NCBI GenBank assembly: GCA_043821645.1
Contig: JBDRCO010000068.1
Location: forward strand, 96,001-160,000
Length of the DNA stretch: 64,000 nucleotides
Source of the DNA: Pseudomonadota bacterium
Lineage (GTDB): Bacteria; Myxococcota; JACRCW01; JAFGSX01
Reading direction: 5' to 3'
Below are positions 18,589 through 27,341 of the stretch, piece after piece (the first letter of the stretch is position 1; each line of letters starts with the position of its first letter). The notes under the pieces were generated by a model. That model did no database searches. It saw only the letters and a program-made list of their open reading frames with translations, and had not been told where the DNA came from. A program made the translations under genes and the position numbers.

Positions 18589-19850
18589 TCACCCAGCCCA
18601 GCCATCTCCCGCTGGCCGTGGTGGGCTGCGACTTTCGCGTGGCCTCGTCGCGGATCCGCGGTCAGCTGGTGCTCGACGAGGGCGAGGCCATGCACATCGC
18701 CGCCGAGCTGGTGCGCGGCAAGGCGGCAGATGGTTTCCTGGATCTGGCCACCTGCAACCGCAACGAGTGGTACGTGTCGTCGGACAAACCCGCCTGGGCG
18801 GTGGAGCTGCTGCGGACCTGGATGCTCGACCGCCTGGGCTCCGAGCACCAGCGCCGGATCCGACCCTACATGTTCGTGGGTGAAGAGGCGGCCGCGCACT
18901 TCTTTCGCGTGTCCCTGGGCCAGGAGTCGCTGATCGTGGGCGAGCGCCAGATCGCCGGTCAGGTTTTCAGGGCGCTGGAGGCGGCACGGGCGCGCGGTTC
19001 CTCTTCGCGCATCCTCAACGGCCTGGGCTCCATCGCCGGTCGCAGCGTGCACAACGCCAGCCGCTGTGGCTGCCTGGCCAGCACCAATCGCGGCGTGCAC
19101 AGCCTGGCGGTCAACCACCTGCGTGGCTGGCTCGACGGGCGGCGGGCCAAGGTGGCGGTGATAGGTCTGGGCGAGATCGGCCGCCGGGTGCGCGGGCTGC
19201 TGTCCGTCGATGCCAAGCTGCAGGTCGTGCCCTGCAATCGTACCGTGTTGCCGGACCAGGCCGAGACCGTGCGGCCGCTGAGTGAGCTGACGACGCTGCT
19301 GGGAGAGGTCGACGCGGCCATCGTGTGCACGGGTGCGCTGGATCCGACCGTGCGTCCCGAGCACCTGGCGCGGCGCCAGGGCCGACCCATCCTGATCGTG
19401 GACATCGGCATCCCCGAACAGGTGCTGCGCGAGGGCCTGCCCGGCGGCGTCAGCGTGGCCGGCATCGACGAGCTGGTGGCCGCGCACCAGGCCGATGCCG
19501 TGGTGGTGCGCGCGGATCAGGAGGCTCAGAACCTGCTCGATGGAGCGCTGCTGCAGTTCCGCCGTTTCTGCAACGAGCCGGACTTTTTGGATATCCTCGA
19601 GGCCGTGCAGCGCCGCAGCCAGGCCATGCTGGGCGACGAGATCCCGCGCATCGTGCACGACCACTTTGGCGAGCTCGACGAGGCCACGCGGCAAAAGCTC
19701 GAGGCCGAGATCCGCACCGTGCTGCAGAGCTACACCCACGAGGTCTTCGGCACCATCAAGGACGCGGCCCTCAAGCGCGTGGACGGTGGCGGCTACGATG
19801 CCGCGACGGAGTCCGCCGCAGACTCCGTGACAGACACAGCGGCGGTCTGA
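18585..19850 (+). CDS. hemA: Glutamyl-tRNA reductase-like protein (divergent)
   Basis: TCNRNE catalytic motif, GQESLIVGERQI, GLGEIG Rossmann motif, DIGIP; ends the hem operon. Confidence 0.85.
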   Translation: MITQPSHLPLAVVGCDFRVASSRIRGQLVLDEGEAMHIAAELVRGKAADGFLDLATCNRNEWYVSSDKPAWAVELLRTWMLDRLGSEHQRRIRPYMFVGEEAAAHFFRVSLGQESLIVGERQIAGQVFRALEAARARGSSSRILNGLGSIAGRSVHNASRCGCLASTNRGVHSLAVNHLRGWLDGRRAKVAVIGLGEIGRRVRGLLSVDAKLQVVPCNRTVLPDQAETVRPLSELTTLLGEVDAAIVCTGALDPTVRPEHLARRQGRPILIVDIGIPEQVLREGLPGGVSVAGIDELVAAHQADAVVVRADQEAQNLLDGALLQFRRFCNEPDFLDILEAVQRRSQAMLGDEIPRIVHDHFGELDEATRQKLEAEIRTVLQSYTHEVFGTIKDAALKRVDGGGYDAATESAADSVTDTAAV

Positions 19851-19935
19851 GCCCTACCGCGACCGCAGCACAAAGGCCGCACGCTCGCTGCTGCCTGCGC
19901 TCCACACAGCGGAATCCGTCGGGCCTGGAGTCGGC

Positions 19936-21255
19936 TCAGCGCGTGACCTGCAAAACGTAAGGCGATCCGTCGTGCCAGTAGCGCGCGAGCTGGGCGGCGC
20001 TGACCTCGATGACCCCGAGCTTGCTCAGGGGATCGCCCATCAGATACTTGCCGCTCGCGGTCTTGCCGAAGATCACGCAGGCGTGGTTGCCGGGGTCGCG
20101 GCTGTTGAGGTACTGGCCGTGGGTGCGCAGGGTCTTGCCCCAGGCGTTCCAGGGATCGCCGGCCATGACCACCCGGCCACCGCGCGCCAGGGCCTGGTCC
20201 ACGGACGTGATGTTGACCGGGAGCGGCTTCACCTTGGCGCCGACCGCCTTGAGCCCCTTGATGACCTGGTCCTTGGAGGTGGAGCTCGAGAAGGTGGTGT
20301 TGTGCCCGCGCTCGAGGTCGCGCATGTGGTCGATGGCCTTCTCGGCCTGGGCCGGGGTCGGATCCTTGAGCACGCCCAGCGAGCTGGCCGCCATCACGGC
20401 GCTGGTGGGCGCACAGTCGTTGTAGCCGTCCGGTGCACCGCGCACGCTGTTGAAGCGCGTGCTGCCCCACTGCGTGATGAAGAATTTGTTGGCCCTGGCG
20501 ACGCTGTGCAGATCGCCGGCCACGGCGGGGACCGCAGGGTTCGTCGCGGGTTTCCCGGGTGCAGCGGGCGCGGGGGCAGGAGCGCGCTTGAAGGTGCGAA
20601 CCTGGGCCAGGGCGAGGCGCTCCTGGGCACCGAAGTGGCCATCTTGCTTGAGTCCGCGGTTGCGCTGGAGAGCCTGCACCGCGGCCTGGGTCTTGGGGCC
20701 GTAGATCCCGGGTCCGCTGCGCATCGCGGCCGGGGTCATGAAACCCGCCTGGACCAGGGACTGCTGGAGCTGGCGCACGGCCGGGCCCTGGTCACCACGG
20801 GCCAGGCTCGAGGACGGCAGCGCGTCGAGCATCTTGTCGTGTCTATCCAGGGCGCGGGTCAGAGCCGCCCGCTCGGCCACTCCAAAACGGCCGTCGACGG
20901 AGATGCTGGCCTTTTTCTCGAAAGCCATGAGCGAGGCGTGGGTGAGCGGTCCAAACACACCTGGGCCCGTGTTGACCTCGGCGCGGGTCATGAAGCCGAG
21001 CTTGACCAGCGCATCCTGCAGCAGCTTGACCTGAGCTCCCTGGGAACCCTGGCGCAGGGCGACGCGGGGAACGTCGGTGCGTGGTGCCGTCTCGAAGCTC
21101 GAGGTCTGGCTGTGGCCTGCCGGGGGCGCGGCCGGTCCCGGCAGCACCGGTGATTGGGGCGCGGTGCTCGGTTGCGGGGCGGTGGGCCTGACCGCGAGCC
21201 GGGGAAGCCAGTACTTGGCTGCGGGATTCTGGCCATGACCGGTGACGATGGGCAT
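19936..21255 (-). CDS. Two peptidoglycan-binding domains + C39-like cysteine peptidase
   Basis: LRQGSQGAQVKLLQ...FGPLT and LARGDQGPAVRQLQ...YGPKT PG-binding repeats; DCAPTS...HAC...DP papain-like triad; AGGAG RBS. Confidence 0.82.
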   Translation of the reverse strand: MPIVTGHGQNPAAKYWLPRLAVRPTAPQPSTAPQSPVLPGPAAPPAGHSQTSSFETAPRTDVPRVALRQGSQGAQVKLLQDALVKLGFMTRAEVNTGPGVFGPLTHASLMAFEKKASISVDGRFGVAERAALTRALDRHDKMLDALPSSSLARGDQGPAVRQLQQSLVQAGFMTPAAMRSGPGIYGPKTQAAVQALQRNRGLKQDGHFGAQERLALAQVRTFKRAPAPAPAAPGKPATNPAVPAVAGDLHSVARANKFFITQWGSTRFNSVRGAPDGYNDCAPTSAVMAASSLGVLKDPTPAQAEKAIDHMRDLERGHNTTFSSSTSKDQVIKGLKAVGAKVKPLPVNITSVDQALARGGRVVMAGDPWNAWGKTLRTHGQYLNSRDPGNHACVIFGKTASGKYLMGDPLSKLGVIEVSAAQLARYWHDGSPYVLQVTR

Positions 21256-21490
21256 GTGGGCTCCTGTCCTACCTGCCACCAGTATCGTCTGCCGCGGGCC
21301 TGTCGCACATCCGTCTGGGTGCCGATGTCTGAGCGGGCGGACATCGGTCGAAAGGCGTATCCGACGCAGGCCAGGGGTGCTGTCGCGCTAAAAGCCGGAG
21401 GAATACCGAACGTCCACGGAGCAGGTCGGGCCTGGCGTAAAAAGCCCTGTGCGGACGCACATCGCGTGGGCATCTGCTATATAGCGGCCC

Positions 21491-22624
21491 ATGGGACATG
21501 GCCGCGGCTACCACGTGCTGTTCGGAGTGACCCTGGCGACGATGTTCGCCCTGGGTGTGTGGTGGTTCGTGTTCTTCCAGCGCGCGGTGCAGTTCGAGCG
21601 CGCGGCCGTACTCAACGATCTCAAGTCCGCCACCGCGGTGACAGCCCTCAAGCTCGGTCATAACAACATGCCGCCCCGGCTGGGGCGCCTGGCGGGGTCC
21701 TGGCCGCTGGAGATCGTGCCCTATGACCGCGCGGGCACCGGTGCCATCTCGGCGAGGCTGGTGCCCATGCACCCGCAGCTGGTGGTGCGGCCCTGGCCCG
21801 AACGCCTGACCGAGGTCGAGCAGCGGGTGCACCGACGCTGGGCCATGGTCATCGGCGAGGGCGCCCTGCTGATGCTGCTGCTGGGCGTCACCACGGTGAT
21901 GCTGTGGCGTCTGGTGCGCCAGGAGCGGCGCCACAAGGGACAGATGGACAGCTTCATCGCCGCGGTGACCCACGAGATGAAGACGCCGGTGGCCGGCATC
22001 AAGTCGATGCTGCAGACCTTCGCCGCGGGTCGCGTGCCCGCTGGCCAGCAACAGCGCCTTTACGCCATGGCTCTCAAGGAGAGCGAGCGGCTGGAGCACA
22101 TGATCGAGAACGTGCTTATCACCGGGCGGATGCGGGTGGCAGCCTACAAGCCCATGCTCGAGCCCATGGCGCTGCGCACCGCCCTGGACAAGTTCGTGGA
22201 TCATCGGCGCCGCCACCTCATCGATCGGCCGGACGCGGTGCGTCTGCAATGGGATCTGGGGACTGCCGAGGTGAACGCCCTGGCCGACGCCAGCGCCCTG
22301 CGCGTGATCCTGGAGAACCTCACCGACAACGCCTTCAAGTATGGCGGCGAGGAGCCCGAGGTCACCGTGCGGGCGCACCGGGACGCGGAGTGGATCCTGG
22401 TCAGCGTCGAGGACGCGGGCATAGGATTCGACCCCGCCACGGCCGCTCGCCTGTTCACGCCGTTTCGCCGCGGCCTCGCCCTCGACGGTGCAATCCTGCA
22501 CGGGACAGGGCTGGGGCTCAGCATCGCGCGCTCGCTGGCCCGGGAGATGGGGGGCGAGCTGATGGCCCACAGCGAGGGCAAGAACCGCGGCAGCCGTTTC
22601 ACGGTGACACTCAAGGAGGCCTGA
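21491..22624 (+). CDS. Membrane sensor histidine kinase
   Basis: Two TMs, THEMKTP H-box, NLTDNAFKY, DAGIG, GTGLGL. Confidence 0.95.
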   Translation: MGHGRGYHVLFGVTLATMFALGVWWFVFFQRAVQFERAAVLNDLKSATAVTALKLGHNNMPPRLGRLAGSWPLEIVPYDRAGTGAISARLVPMHPQLVVRPWPERLTEVEQRVHRRWAMVIGEGALLMLLLGVTTVMLWRLVRQERRHKGQMDSFIAAVTHEMKTPVAGIKSMLQTFAAGRVPAGQQQRLYAMALKESERLEHMIENVLITGRMRVAAYKPMLEPMALRTALDKFVDHRRRHLIDRPDAVRLQWDLGTAEVNALADASALRVILENLTDNAFKYGGEEPEVTVRAHRDAEWILVSVEDAGIGFDPATAARLFTPFRRGLALDGAILHGTGLGLSIARSLAREMGGELMAHSEGKNRGSRFTVTLKEA

Positions 22625-22626
22625 GG

Positions 22627-23313
22627 ATGCCACGCGTGCTCGTGATCGAAGACGAGGAGCTGGTCGGCACCATGGTGCGCATGAACCTCGAGAGCGATGG
22701 CTACGAGGTGACCTGGAAGCAGAATGGCGCGGACGGCATGCAGGAGGCGCTGGCCCGTACCTACGACCTGGTGCTGCTGGACATCTCGATGCCTGGCCTG
22801 GACGGGCTCGAGGTGCTCAAGCGCCTGCGCAAGGAGACCTTGAACACACCAGTGCTCATGCTCACCGCGCGCTCCGAGATCGACACCAAGGTGCAGGCAC
22901 TCAACCTCGGGGCCGACGACTACCTGACCAAGCCCTTTGACGTGGCCGAGCTGCTGGCCCGGGTCCGCGCCCAGGTGCGGCGCAGCCAGGCAGACCGCCA
23001 GATCCCCAGCGATAACCTGGCGACTTTTGACCGGTTCAAGATCAACTTCGAGACCCGCGAGGCCACCACCAACGAGGGCGACATCGTGCTCAGCGAGAAG
23101 GAGGCGGGGTTGATGAAGCTGCTGCTCACCGCCGGGCAGCAGACCCTGACCCGCTCCACCATCCTCGACGAGGTGTGGGGCATGGATGTGTCGCCCACCG
23201 AGCGCACCGTCGACAACGTGATCCTTCGGCTGCGCCGGCTGTTCGAGCCCGACCCCGAGAACCCGAAGCACATCGTCACGGTGCGGGGTCTCGGCTACCG
23301 CTGGGTGGTCTGA
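22627..23313 (+). CDS. OmpR-family response regulator
   Basis: Receiver plus winged helix (RTVDNVILRLR, TVRGLGY). Confidence 0.95.
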   Translation: MPRVLVIEDEELVGTMVRMNLESDGYEVTWKQNGADGMQEALARTYDLVLLDISMPGLDGLEVLKRLRKETLNTPVLMLTARSEIDTKVQALNLGADDYLTKPFDVAELLARVRAQVRRSQADRQIPSDNLATFDRFKINFETREATTNEGDIVLSEKEAGLMKLLLTAGQQTLTRSTILDEVWGMDVSPTERTVDNVILRLRRLFEPDPENPKHIVTVRGLGYRWVV

Positions 23314-23413
23314 CATTCGAGCCACCATTCGCCTCGGTTTTTACTCGTCAAGCCAGATCTGTTCTGTATGCTGCCGCCGCCCCCGGGAGCGTGCTGAGGG
23401 CGCTGGTTTGAAG

Positions 23414-24634
23414 ATGGAGAACGGTCCCCACAACCTGCCGCTGGCCCTGGTCAGCGTGGACTTTCGCCGGGCGCCTTCGCGCACCCGGGCCGGGCTCGTG
23501 CTCGATGACGAGGCCTGGCTCGCGCTGCACGCCGAGCTGACCCGGATCGGAGCGGCCGACGGCCTGGTGCAGCTGGCCACCTGCAACCGCGTCGAGTGGA
23601 TCGCTGCCAGCACGCAGCCGGGCTGGGTCGCCGAGCTGCTGCTCCGCCGCATGCGGGACCTCCTCGCGGGCTGCGCGGATCGCCCGGTGGAGCCTTTGAC
23701 CTGCACGGCGGACCCTGCCGCGCACCACCTGCTGGGTGTGGCCCTGGGCCTCGAGTCCCTGGTGCAGGGAGAGCAGCAGATCGCCCACCAGTTCTTCAGG
23801 GCCTTCGAGCACGCCCGCAGCCTGGGCTGCTCGACCCGCGTGCTCAATGGCCTGTCCGCGGTCGCGGGCCGCCTGCTGCGTTCTGCCGAGCGCTGCGGCT
23901 GCCAGCGTCGAGCCGCGCGCGGCGTGCACACCCTGGCCATCGAGCTGCTGCGCTCGCTGTGGGGCGAGTCCTCGCAGCGGCGCGTGCTGGTGGTGGGGCA
24001 GGGCGAGATCGGCCGCCATGCTCGCGGCGTGGCCGAGGCGAGTCCGGACCTCGAGGTGCTGGTGTGCAATCGCACGCCAGACCCCGGGCGCGCGGTCCTG
24101 GGCCTCGACGAGCTGCCCCGCCTGCTCGAGCAGGTCGACGCGGCGCTGGTGTGCACCTCGGCCGCAACGCCCGTGATCGATGCCCGGCAGTTGAGCTCGC
24201 GCAGCGCCGGGAAACCCTTGCTGCTGGTCGACCTCGGCGTGCCAGAACAGGTGAGCAGCGCAGGCTTGCCAGCGGGCGTGCGGCGCATCGGGCTCGATGA
24301 CCTGGTGGACTTTGGCCAGGCGTGCAGCGCCGTGGAGTGCGCCCGGACCGACGAGCAGATGCTGATACAGCGTTCGCTCGAGCAGTTCGCGCGCTTCTGC
24401 CGCGAGCCACAATTTCTGAACATCCTCGAGGCCGTCCAGGCGCAGAAGGAGTGGATGGCAAACCAGGGCGTGCAGGAGCTGGTGGCGGATCGCTTTGGCG
24501 ACCTGCCCCAGGACGTGCAGCGGCGCCTGCAGCAGGACCTGAGGCACCTGTTCCAGCGCTACAGCCACGGTGTGGTCGAGGCGATCCGCGAGGCTGCGGA
24601 TCCGGGTCCGTATCACTACGTCGACAGCCCCTGA
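23414..24634 (+). CDS. hemA: Second glutamyl-tRNA reductase-like protein (paralog of 18585-19850)
   Basis: TCNRVE, GLESLVQGEQQI, GQGEIG, DLGVP; colinear similarity to the first copy. Confidence 0.8.
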   Translation: MENGPHNLPLALVSVDFRRAPSRTRAGLVLDDEAWLALHAELTRIGAADGLVQLATCNRVEWIAASTQPGWVAELLLRRMRDLLAGCADRPVEPLTCTADPAAHHLLGVALGLESLVQGEQQIAHQFFRAFEHARSLGCSTRVLNGLSAVAGRLLRSAERCGCQRRAARGVHTLAIELLRSLWGESSQRRVLVVGQGEIGRHARGVAEASPDLEVLVCNRTPDPGRAVLGLDELPRLLEQVDAALVCTSAATPVIDARQLSSRSAGKPLLLVDLGVPEQVSSAGLPAGVRRIGLDDLVDFGQACSAVECARTDEQMLIQRSLEQFARFCREPQFLNILEAVQAQKEWMANQGVQELVADRFGDLPQDVQRRLQQDLRHLFQRYSHGVVEAIREAADPGPYHYVDSP

Positions 24635-24678
24635 GGGGGGATCCCGCGCTCGCCCGAGCCGGGACACAAGGAGGCTCC

Positions 24679-24879
24679 ATGGGCATTCGTGTTCTCGTCG
24701 CTGTGACCATGACCCTGGCCGCAATGCTCACGGCGTGCCCGGATCCGACGGAGCTCGGGCACAAGCCCAAGAACCAGATCGACAAGGCGCAGCGCGCGGT
24801 GGACAAGGCCGAGAAGGCCATGGACACCCGCGTCGACAAGGCTGCCAAGGCGGCCGAGGCTGCCGGTTCTCAGGAGTAG
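24679..24879 (+). CDS. Small lipoprotein
   Basis: AGGAGG RBS, lipobox LTAC, DKA-repeat coiled coil. Confidence 0.75.
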   Translation: MGIRVLVAVTMTLAAMLTACPDPTELGHKPKNQIDKAQRAVDKAEKAMDTRVDKAAKAAEAAGSQE

Positions 24880-24951
24880 CAGCGCGACCTGTGCTCGGTC
24901 GGCGCTCGATTTATATATAAAATGACACAGGGATCCCGCAGGAGACCTCCC

Positions 24952-25716
24952 ATGCATCGCATCCTGGCCTTGATCGTCATCCTCGGCACCACCGCGTGTG
25001 ACCCGGCTCCGGGGGAGTCGGACGCGGGCACGGATGCCGGCCTGCAGGACGCCAGCAATGGCAACCTGTGCGATCCGGTGACCGCCCCCTGCGAGGATGA
25101 GATGATCCAGCAGCTGTCGCTGCACACCACCGTGGCCACGGGCGAGGTGACCAGCAGCGAGGCGAGCGGGGTGTTCACCGCCGTCATCGACGCCTCGGCC
25201 GGCGGGTCGCAGGGCTCCACCAACTACCCCTTCGTGTACGTCAAGTTCACCGACAGCGGCGCCATCAAGGTGGCGATCGACGACGAGACCGCGCTGGCTT
25301 CGCAGGACTGGGATATCGCGGTGCGGCGCTACATCCTGCGCCTCAACGGTGGCGATTCAGGACCCTCGTGCGTGGCCGCGGCCGAGACCTCGGCACAGTT
25401 CGATGCGGTGACGACAGCGCCTGGCGAGAGCGCCTTCGCCCTGGAGGACTTCTACACGGCGAGCTGCGACTACGTCACGGATACCCGCTTCGCGGGTTTT
25501 GACGGACCGGACACCCTGCTCAAGGAGTTCTGGTCCATGAACGGCATGTGCCTGGCCACTTCGGGCATCACCTACGTGCTGCGCCTGGCCGACGGGCGTC
25601 ACCTCAAGCTGGTGGTCGACGCCTACTACCGGACCGGTCAGGACGGTTGCAACACAAGTGGCACCGCGGGCAGCCAGAGTGGCGTGCTGACGCTACGGTG
25701 GGCGTGGCTGTCGTGA
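24952..25716 (+). CDS. HmuY-family (heme-binding) lipoprotein
   Basis: Lipobox TTAC; IDASAGG, WDIAVRRYILRLNGG, KLVVDAYY, SGVLTLRW are typical of HmuY-like proteins. Confidence 0.75.
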   Translation: MHRILALIVILGTTACDPAPGESDAGTDAGLQDASNGNLCDPVTAPCEDEMIQQLSLHTTVATGEVTSSEASGVFTAVIDASAGGSQGSTNYPFVYVKFTDSGAIKVAIDDETALASQDWDIAVRRYILRLNGGDSGPSCVAAAETSAQFDAVTTAPGESAFALEDFYTASCDYVTDTRFAGFDGPDTLLKEFWSMNGMCLATSGITYVLRLADGRHLKLVVDAYYRTGQDGCNTSGTAGSQSGVLTLRWAWLS

Positions 25717-27266
25717 GGGTCGACCTGTCCGGTTCCCGGTTTCGGGTTCCCTGTTCCCGGTTTCACCGCCCCGGGCGTGAGGCCTGGCAGGCAGCCTTGT
25801 TCGCGTTCGCGGTCGGCAGCCTTGGCGCCTGCGCGGACCTGGCAGAGCTGGACCTGCGCGCGCCCCGACCGTTCGAGCAGCGGGTACGCCCCACCGAGGG
25901 CGGCGACCTGTTCAGCTTTGACGCCGGCGCCACGGTGCTCAGCCACGACTCGACAGGTGGGCACTTCAAGGTCTGGTACGCCATCGACACCAGCGACGCC
26001 GTGCCCCTGGCCGACGCCGACCACAGTGGGGTGCCCGACTACGTCGAGCTGGTGGCCAACCGCTACGACGATGTGATCGCGTTTTACGTCGACAGCTTGG
26101 GCTTCAGGCCCCCCGTCGACGACACCAGCCTGGGCTTGAACAACGACGGCGGTGACGCGCGCTTTGACGTCTACCTGGTGGATTTTGACCACGTGGGCGA
26201 CGGTGTGTTCGGCATCGACGGCTGCGTCGGCAGCAGCGATCGCTGTGCTGGCTACATGGCCATGGAGAACGACTTTGCCGGCTACGGCTACCCCAGCCTG
26301 AGCGTGGCGGTGACCGTGCTGAGCAGCCACGAGTTCTTTCATGCCATACAGGCGGCCTACGACAGCGGCCAGGACAGCTGGTGGACAGAGGCCACCGCGA
26401 CCTGGGCCGAGGAGCACTTTGACCCCAGCCAGGAGGACTTCGAGGGTTTCTTGAGCGGCTACCTGGACAACCCGGATCGCTCGATGGACGTGCCCCCCAT
26501 CGGCTCGGTCGACTCGTTCAGCTACGGTCTGGCCATCTGGGCCGAGTTCCTGAGCGAGGCCGTGGGCCCGGATGCGGTGCGCCACATCTGGGAAGACCTG
26601 GAGAACGGGGCCAACGGCGTCGCCGATCCGCAGGGCCTGGCCACCATCGATGCCACCCTGCAGCGGGTGTACAGCGCGTCCTTCGCCTCGGCCTTTACCG
26701 AGTTCGCGATCTGGAACCTGCACACCGGCCCCTTCGCCGTGGCCGGCCAGCACTACGCCGAGGGCGCGGACTACCCCATCGTGGCCAGGCAGTGGCAGGG
26801 GGCCCTGCCCATGACAGACCAGCTGCGCGTCTACCACGCCTCGACCCAGTACTTGCAGGGCCGCCTCGAGGGCCGCAGCCAGGTCACCGCGGCCTTCGTC
26901 GAGGCCGCGCCACCCGAACTGCGCGTGGGCCTGGTACTGGAGCGCGGATCCGAGCGCACGGATCCCTTGTGGCTCGACGACCTCGACGCCGAGTGGCCCG
27001 CCGCCGCCGACAGCACGGGCTACGACAGCGCCATCCTGGTCGTGGTCAACACCGCCATCGAGGGCAGCAGCGCGCGCCCCACGCTGTGTTTCGGCAGTCC
27101 TGAAGAGGTCCACCTGTGCCGCTTCGGCGAGGGCGGAGGAGGCGACCAGCCGCCGCCTGGAGACCAGCCAGATCCGGGGTGCGGCTGTCAGGGCGCACCT
27201 GCCAGCGCGCCGCTGCTCGTGCTCGGTGCGGTGCTGGCGCCGGTGCTTCGCCGCCGGCGGTCCTGA
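25713..27266 (+). CDS. MXAN_6640-like zinc metalloprotease with MYXO-CTERM-like anchor
   Basis: HEFFHAIQ...WWTEATATW gluzincin motif; C-terminus GCGC-hydrophobic-RRRR; GTG overlaps the hmuY stop. Confidence 0.8.
   Translation: MRVDLSGSRFRVPCSRFHRPGREAWQAALFAFAVGSLGACADLAELDLRAPRPFEQRVRPTEGGDLFSFDAGATVLSHDSTGGHFKVWYAIDTSDAVPLADADHSGVPDYVELVANRYDDVIAFYVDSLGFRPPVDDTSLGLNNDGGDARFDVYLVDFDHVGDGVFGIDGCVGSSDRCAGYMAMENDFAGYGYPSLSVAVTVLSSHEFFHAIQAAYDSGQDSWWTEATATWAEEHFDPSQEDFEGFLSGYLDNPDRSMDVPPIGSVDSFSYGLAIWAEFLSEAVGPDAVRHIWEDLENGANGVADPQGLATIDATLQRVYSASFASAFTEFAIWNLHTGPFAVAGQHYAEGADYPIVARQWQGALPMTDQLRVYHASTQYLQGRLEGRSQVTAAFVEAAPPELRVGLVLERGSERTDPLWLDDLDAEWPAAADSTGYDSAILVVVNTAIEGSSARPTLCFGSPEEVHLCRFGEGGGGDQPPPGDQPDPGCGCQGAPASAPLLVLGAVLAPVLRRRRS
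25729..25763 (+). repeat. Five imperfect 7-bp tandem units
   Basis: ccggttc ccggttt cgggttc cctgttc ccggttt. Confidence 0.7.
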
Positions 27267-27341
27267 GCCCACCAAAATCCGCCGTGCAATGATAATGGTT
27301 GCGACGCGCTCGAGCTGCGAGCGCCAGCCCTCGAGGTTCGC

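Noticed and set aside
27286-27302. Fur box upstream of the PLD gene
   Set aside because: Only AATGATAAT matches; better explained by the shared sigma28-like element, though not excluded
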